64,000 bases of DNA from Phoronis australis (taxonomy: Eukaryota > Animalia > Phoronida), in the NCBI GenBank assembly GCA_002633005.1, contig NMRA01000416.1:35631-99630 (forward strand). The letters run 5' to 3'. The translations under genes and the position numbers were made by a program. Under the pieces are notes generated by a model, which was not told the DNA's origin, made no database searches, and was given only the letters and a program-made list of their open reading frames with translations. Below, piece by piece: positions 61,001 through 64,000 of this stretch (its first letter is position 1; the number at the start of each line of letters is the position of its first letter).

Positions 61001-62930
61001 GTATATGTATATGTTTTTGTATATAAATGCAAGCTCAACTAAATACACATTCATTTGACATTATACCCAATAACATTTTCAAAAATATGCTCATGGCGCA
61101 TAATTGGAAATTAAAATGTTAATGGTTCAACCCTACTACTTTCCCATGTTATATTGGAAATGGTCCCGGAAATCTTGACTACCAAATTTTCAGTATCTTT
61201 TGAAACGAAATAGTTCCTGTCAATATTATTGAGGATAAGTTCCTGGGAAATATTCCTGATTCTGTGCCCAAATGTATAATTATATCCTTTGACTCCAGGA
61301 GTAACTCTGTTATGGCTGCCAGTTATGAGCGCCCTCTATCAGGAATTTCAAATGCGTAAGAAAAAACCCTATAAACGTGTCTATTTGGACTCAACTTATG
61401 CCCCATCTGCCAAATACATGTCCTCAGCTAATGTCTGAGTTCTCCGTTAACTGATGGACAATAGTACGCAATTCAGAAATCATCTTCAGCACAGTTTGTA
61501 GCTGTGATGACGTGTCTCCTCTGTAAGCTGTGGTGAAATGCCTCCTATGTTTGCTGTGATGACGTGTCTCCTCTGTAACCTGTGGTGAAATGCCTCCTAT
61601 GTTAGCTGTGATGATGTGTCTCCTCTGTAACCTGTCTTGAAATGCCTCCTATGTTAGCTGTGATGATGTGTCTCCTCTGTAAGCTGTGGTGAAATGTCTC
61701 CTATGTTAGCTGTGATGATGGGTCTCCTCTGTGTTGCAGCATGCTGACCAAGCGAGCTCAGGGCAGGAGGAAGTTTGGCGTGAAGAACTTCAAAAGAAGA
61801 TACTTCTGTGTCACCAACCAGTCGCTAACGTATGCCAAAGAAAAAGGTAAAAGCAGGGCTCTAATATTTTGATAACTGTAAAATCTCACAAATTACGGAT
61901 TAGAATACCAGTAAATACCATATTTGATCTTTTTCATTTTTCAAATAAGGTTTCTGACTTAGTTGTTAATGCCTACAACTTTTCAAAAGGTAGCTAGGGT
62001 TTAGATTAATATGTAGCATTTATTTGGTGCTACCTATCTGTTATGAAAATAATTCAAAAATATTTTTTACGTGTCTGCCCCATTGTGTTCAAATTGGTGA
62101 GATTTCATCATAGTATGCGTGTACAGTAGCTTTTGTTGAGTAAGAGGTCTAAGTTGACTGTTATGCTATTGAGGAATAGTCAGTCCACCAATCCCTTGAA
62201 GTTGTGTCATGTGGATAGTTTTTCAAAATGTGTTTTAAAGCATTTTATCCAGGATCCTGTCAATGTATTGCCACAAACAGAAAGGAGTTTAGCTCTAACT
62301 GTGTAATTGTTTTGGTTTAGAAGATCCTCCTCACTCTTTTGTTACTGGGTGATAACCTGATTCCCCATTGTGTTGAAGTTAGTGGAACACACAATGCGTC
62401 TATTATTAAGCATTGAAAAGTGGTGTCACGATTGTTTTTCTGATGGTTCAGTTTCAATTAATTGATACCTTCTATCAAAAACAACATGTTGATTTAGGCC
62501 ACACCATTGTAATCCTGTTCCTTTGTCAAGATTGGAAATGATTTCTGGGTTTGACAAGAAGTGGTAGGTCAGTGTTACTTGAGACCAGCGTCCTGAATTT
62601 GCTTGTCATTGTGGGTTACTTTGAGCTACTGAAGCAGTGTGACCATCAGGTATTCGAGGCATTTTCTTACAACCAGTTATAAATCAATCAAAAGTTAAGA
62701 CAGAGCAGACACATTTGTGAAGAAAGTAAACTTTGACACCAGAATGTGTTTTGTAGCAACTTAAATGGTGTCGTTTGTAGTTTGACGGAGGATTTAGTAG
62801 CCTTGTGTGACTGTGCTCATTCTTGAGACATGCTCGTTTAACTGCAGGTCAAGAACCACTGTGTGAAATCCCTCTAGATGACATACTGGCTGTGGCACCC
62901 CTGCAGGAAGACTCTTTCAAAATGAAATAT
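22045..62930 (+). CDS. RASA3: GAP1-family Ras GTPase-activating protein (RASA2/RASA3-like; C2A-C2B-RasGAP-PH), 17 exons in window, continues beyond 64000
   Basis: All 17 GT-AG exons join in frame. Motifs: VRIGEAKK (C2A start), PFYGEEF, GKVHIE (C2B), DPNTIFRGN (arginine finger), [10 protein letters not shown] (RasGAP signature), [27 protein letters not shown] (PH). The symbol is a best family label; an invertebrate gene is probably co-orthologous to RASA2 and RASA3. Confidence 0.95.
22401..22483. repeat. 83-bp fold-back (tiny MITE-like palindrome)
   Basis: Arms AGTCCTTGATTTAGAGA / TCTCTAAATCAGGGACT with a concentric central palindrome ATAACGGGCCCGTTAT (22434-22449). Confidence 0.75.
22545..22896. 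mobile_element. Fold-back MITE with long imperfect inverted arms
   Basis: ctgattacaacatcaaagtcacattgc pairs with gcaatgcgactttgatgttttaatcag; ctttaattcc..caactcaaacaaat pairs with atttgtttgagttg.aaggaattaaag; termini CCGGAA / TTCCGG. Confidence 0.7.
22944..23529. mobile_element. MITE with ~48-bp TIRs (possibly PIF/Harbinger-like)
   Basis: TCGCTGGTTCCCTGCGTGC..CTAGGTGGTAGCCAGCACGCAGGTA at 22946-22992 is mirrored at 23481-23526. TSD not clear. Confidence 0.75.
25118..25560 (+). pseudogene. 5'-truncated non-LTR retrotransposon 3' end (I/LOA/R1-group ORF2 zinc knuckle)
   Basis: [17 protein letters not shown], then (frameshifted) [28 protein letters not shown], then FLKETGRL. This is the LTGH...CxxC...ETxxH...CP...R C-terminal motif of RNase H-containing LINEs. 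Confidence 0.75.
25779..26191 (+). mobile_element. TTAA-flanked Kolobok-type MITE, copy A
   Basis: TTAA at 25775-25778 and 26192-26195; termini AACCTA...TAGGCT; colinear with 55312-55697. Confidence 0.75.
26500..27930 (+). pseudogene. Highly decayed CR1/L2-type LINE reverse-transcriptase remnant
   Basis: Fragments read VDFHR(x)[12 protein letters not shown] near 26551 (DFxKAFD-like, with a frameshift) and CWNAFP near 27856 (WNxLP-like C-terminal motif). Many stops; boundaries are approximate. Confidence 0.4.
29431..30304 (+). mobile_element. hAT-like (hAT5-type) non-autonomous element with 5-bp TSD, copy A
   Basis: Termini CAGTGGCGGATCTA / TAAATCCGCCTATG; ATAGC duplicated at 29426-29430 and 30305-30309; GGGGGGCCC subterminal motifs. 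Confidence 0.85.
29641..29705 (-). pseudogene. tRNA-derived fragment (Pol III A/B boxes) inside the hAT5-like element
   Basis: Minus strand reads GTGGTGTAGTGGTAAAGCAC...GTCGTGGGTTCGAGTC; no clean anticodon or acceptor stem. Confidence 0.6.
32728..33832 (+). repeat. 452-bp direct duplication across the N at 33380 (probably two haplotypes assembled in tandem)
   Basis: 32728-33179 and 33381-33832 are identical apart from about 8 substitutions counted by eye. Confidence 0.9.
33180..33379 (+). mobile_element. Left end of a young TA-inserting Tc1/mariner-type (CCGTA terminus) element, truncated by the gap
   Basis: TA|CCGTAATCGTTCGGGTTAACGCCC with repeated TTAACCGCCC subterminal motifs; nearly identical to 37252-37372. 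Confidence 0.8.
37252..37372 (+). mobile_element. Second young CCGTA-terminus element end, truncated by the N at 37373
   Basis: TA|CCGTAATCGTTTGGGTTAACGCCCATGCTCAG...; near-identical to 33180-33300. Confidence 0.8.
37440..37630 (-). repeat. Fragment of the 7.7-9.9 kb HINE-like repeat, inverted
   Basis: actactgtggcgcctcttagtggcagttttg is the near reverse complement of aaaactgccactaggaggcgccacagtagt. Confidence 0.65.
38216..38576 (-). mobile_element. hAT5-type element, copy B (inverted, shorter, different interior)
   Basis: Termini CATAGGCAGATTTA / TGGATCCGCAACTG match both ends of 29431-30304; AAATT duplicated at 38211-38215 and 38577-38581. Confidence 0.85.
41265..41384 (-). mobile_element. 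Penelope-like retroelement relic: 19-bp inverted repeat enclosing a degenerate hammerhead ribozyme
   Basis: AAGTCAAATACTGGAATTT (41265-41283) and its exact reverse complement (41366-41384). The minus strand between them reads CTGAAGTCC-atagagac-GGACGAAACGTC. Confidence 0.55.
41960..42370 (+). repeat. Old dispersed repeat (second copy ~63470-63845)
   Basis: Shared tggt.gctatgg.acagaacttgaa and terminal attttgaa..ttaactct, colinear in both copies. Confidence 0.55.
42722..42839 (+). CDS. RASA3: RasGAP exon 2 (C2A)
   Basis: tacag|[42 protein letters not shown]|gtgagt. Confidence 0.92.
43244..43448. repeat. 41-bp minisatellite x5
   Basis: Unit GGGATGTGTTGTTTTCACTGTATAATGGGGTCGAGTG(T/G)AAA; copies are near-perfect. 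Confidence 0.95.
43826..43919 (+). CDS. RASA3: RasGAP exon 3 (C2A)
   Basis: tgcag|[32 protein letters not shown]|gtaaga. Confidence 0.92.
44964..46918. mobile_element. Decayed hAT-like element with CCTTGAA subterminal repeats
   Basis: Termini CGTTGTTTGCACAAA / TTTGTACAAACAGTG (12/15 inverted match); ccttga motif clusters at 44990-45090 and 46575-46890; flanks AGGAT / AGGCT. Confidence 0.45.
46980..47081 (+). CDS. RASA3: RasGAP exon 4 (C2A)
   Basis: ttag|[34 protein letters not shown]|gtatga. Confidence 0.9.
47155..47585 (+). mobile_element. MITE related to 57400-57915
   Basis: Left aggaccttattgac and right ggacaggggtcctatgtaacc match the ends of the 57400 element. Confidence 0.5.
48921..49801. 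mobile_element. Possible TTAA-type MITE
   Basis: ttta|AGGGGTTGTTGC ... GCACAAAACCCCT|ttaa, a short imperfect TIR. Confidence 0.35.
50650..50892 (+). CDS. RASA3: RasGAP exon 5 (C2B)
   Basis: ggcag|GKVHIEVRF...[13 protein letters not shown]...[14 protein letters not shown]|gtgagt. Confidence 0.94.
51679..51749 (+). CDS. RASA3: RasGAP exon 6
   Basis: ttccag|[25 protein letters not shown]|gtaaat; phases 0 and 2 fit the neighbouring exons. Confidence 0.82.
52613..52741 (+). CDS. RASA3: RasGAP exon 7 (C2B)
   Basis: gtcag|[45 protein letters not shown]|gtaagg. Confidence 0.92.
53160..53322 (+). CDS. RASA3: RasGAP exon 8
   Basis: tacag|G YFLQGR...[35 protein letters not shown]|gtaagt. Confidence 0.93.
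54433..54581 (+). CDS. RASA3: RasGAP exon 9
   Basis: tttcag|[51 protein letters not shown]|gtgagt. Confidence 0.94.
55312..55697 (+). mobile_element. Kolobok-type MITE, copy B (TTAA at left flank, TTTA at right)
   Basis: TTAA|AGCCTATCTTGAAC ... GTTGAAGTTGGGCT|TTTA; shares gtgccataaattgccaaatg, ttttaattcaagcagctg.gaataacacc and tagttagcccaat with copy A. Confidence 0.75.
55871..56060 (+). CDS. RASA3: RasGAP exon 10 (arginine finger)
   Basis: ttttag|[34 protein letters not shown]...[18 protein letters not shown]|gtatgt. Confidence 0.95.
56541..56664 (+). CDS. RASA3: RasGAP exon 11
   Basis: tttcag|[42 protein letters not shown]|gtaaga. Confidence 0.93.
56793..57009 (-). mobile_element. tRNA-derived SINE-like repeat, copy B
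   Basis: The minus strand begins with a degenerate A box (GGCCTAGAGGG) and B box (GGTTCCAGTTCC); homologous to 16964-17190. Confidence 0.7.
57212..57318 (+). CDS. RASA3: RasGAP exon 12 (FLR motif)
   Basis: ctccag|[37 protein letters not shown]|gtgagt. Confidence 0.95.
57400..57915 (+). mobile_element. MITE with 13-bp perfect TIR
   Basis: GTTATGTAGGACC (57400-57412) / GGTCCTACATAAC (57903-57915). Confidence 0.7.
57945..58240. repeat. 33-bp minisatellite x~9
   Basis: Unit approximately TACAGGTCATGTGATGTGACCAACATATGGCAC. Confidence 0.95.
58314..58391 (+). CDS. RASA3: RasGAP exon 13
   Basis: atcag|[26 protein letters not shown]|gtataa. Confidence 0.93.
59168..59251 (+). CDS. RASA3: RasGAP exon 14
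   Basis: tttcag|[28 protein letters not shown]|gtaagg (FKExYM motif). Confidence 0.92.
59764..59837 (+). CDS. RASA3: RasGAP exon 15
   Basis: ctag|[26 protein letters not shown]|gtgagt. Confidence 0.92.
61499..61733. repeat. 52-53-bp minisatellite x~4.5 (dimer of ~26-bp subunits) abutting the exon 16 acceptor
   Basis: Unit GCTGTGATGACGTGTCTCCTCTGTAAGCTGTGGTGAAATGCCTCCTATGTTA. Confidence 0.92.
61740..61846 (+). CDS. RASA3: RasGAP exon 16 (PH domain)
   Basis: tgcag|[37 protein letters not shown]|gtaaaa. Confidence 0.95.
62848..62930 (+). CDS. RASA3: RasGAP exon 17 (PH domain)
   Basis: tgcag|[29 protein letters not shown]|gtaagc. Confidence 0.93.
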
Positions 62931-64000
62931 GTAAGCTATTCTCAAGGCTTCAAAGTTGTGGAAATGCTAGTCTTAGTAGATTATGTTTATAATATAAAGT
63001 TGAGACGTCTCTGAACTGCAGTATTATGTTACTTTCAATGTGTGACTGACCTGTTCCTGTTGTGATATGTTTCTTTTAAAGTTGTACTAAGTGCCATTGC
63101 TAGATCAAAAACGGCCAACTTCGAAACAAAGTTAAGAATGAAGCAGCTTACTGAGACAAAAATTACACCTCTGAGCTCCATTCTGTTTGCAGAATAACCC
63201 TAGGAAACAAGTTAAGTTGCTTCGGTTCATGACTCAGTTGTTCATGATGTATCGCAGAATTGACGAAAACATTTGACCTTGCCATTTAGTGTAATGTGAT
63301 TTCTCAGGGTGACAGTCATATTGCCAATGCAGCATTCTATATAGCTTAAAGTCAATGTAATTTTTTAAACTGTTATTACTGTACACGGTGTTGCTGGGGA
63401 AGGAATAGTTTCACATTCCTGGGTTATGAAACTGCGGTTAATCACACCAATTTTAGATAAAAGTAATGTCTAAAAGTTGAACTTTCTTAGTTCATTTTCC
63501 AAGCGGTTCTAATATTGTTGTCAATGTCTACAATTTGTGTTGGTAGCTATGGTACAGAACTTGAATGTAGCAAATCATTATTTTGGTATGATGCATCATC
63601 TAAGGAAAAAGTAGGAAATACAGTCCCCTGTCAGCCTTATTGTGTCCTAAGTTGGTCAAATTTTAACATTAATGGAACCTGAAAAACTAGAAATAGTATT
63701 TTTATCCCTGTTATCAGGAAGAGATAACCAGGAAGGGACAACTGTTTTAGCGCATTTTAACGTGATTTCAAACGTGATTTCAAAAGTAAATGTTCAAGTT
63801 ATCTAGAATCCAAGCATTATTTTTGAAAGATTAACTCTTTAGCTATAAAATGACACCACTTTGGTCCTCAAAGACTGCATATTACTGGCACTGGGATGCT
63901 TTGAACGTGACATGTTTACCCTTCCAAAAGATGCTTCTTCCCAGGCATGTACTCGGGCATGAGCCTCTTTTTTGAACCAACAGATGTCACTAACATATGC

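Overview
AT-rich, intron-rich animal genomic DNA, probably a marine invertebrate (inferred from the repeat types, not proven). Two multi-exon genes lie head-to-head around a CpG-rich region at ~21.0-22.1 kb. (1) Minus strand: a divergent RFX winged-helix transcription factor of the RFX4/6/8 type. Eleven coding exons were reconstructed by hand from ATG 17873 down to 4714; one junction and the 3' end are unresolved. (2) Plus strand: a GAP1-family RasGAP (RASA2/RASA3-like; C2A-C2B-RasGAP-PH). Seventeen phase-compatible exons run from ATG 22045 to 62930, including a 20.6-kb first intron, and the gene continues past the window. The introns are full of mobile DNA: two THAP-carrying Kolobok-type elements, several TTAA-type MITEs, hAT-like elements with 5-bp and 6-bp TSDs, TA-flanked CCGTA (Tc1/mariner-type) elements, a Helentron/HINE-like tandem element, SINEs, LINE remnants, a Penelope-like hammerhead relic, fold-back MITEs and four minisatellites. 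Single-N assembly joins sit at 33380 and 37373; the first appears to capture filled and empty alleles of one insertion. There is no CRISPR array, rRNA or intact tRNA. I cannot demonstrate a clearly new biological system. The best leads are the divergent RFX paralog with X-box-like motifs in its own introns, the THAP-only Kolobok derivative, and a small TATA-driven intronless ORF at 1735-1983.
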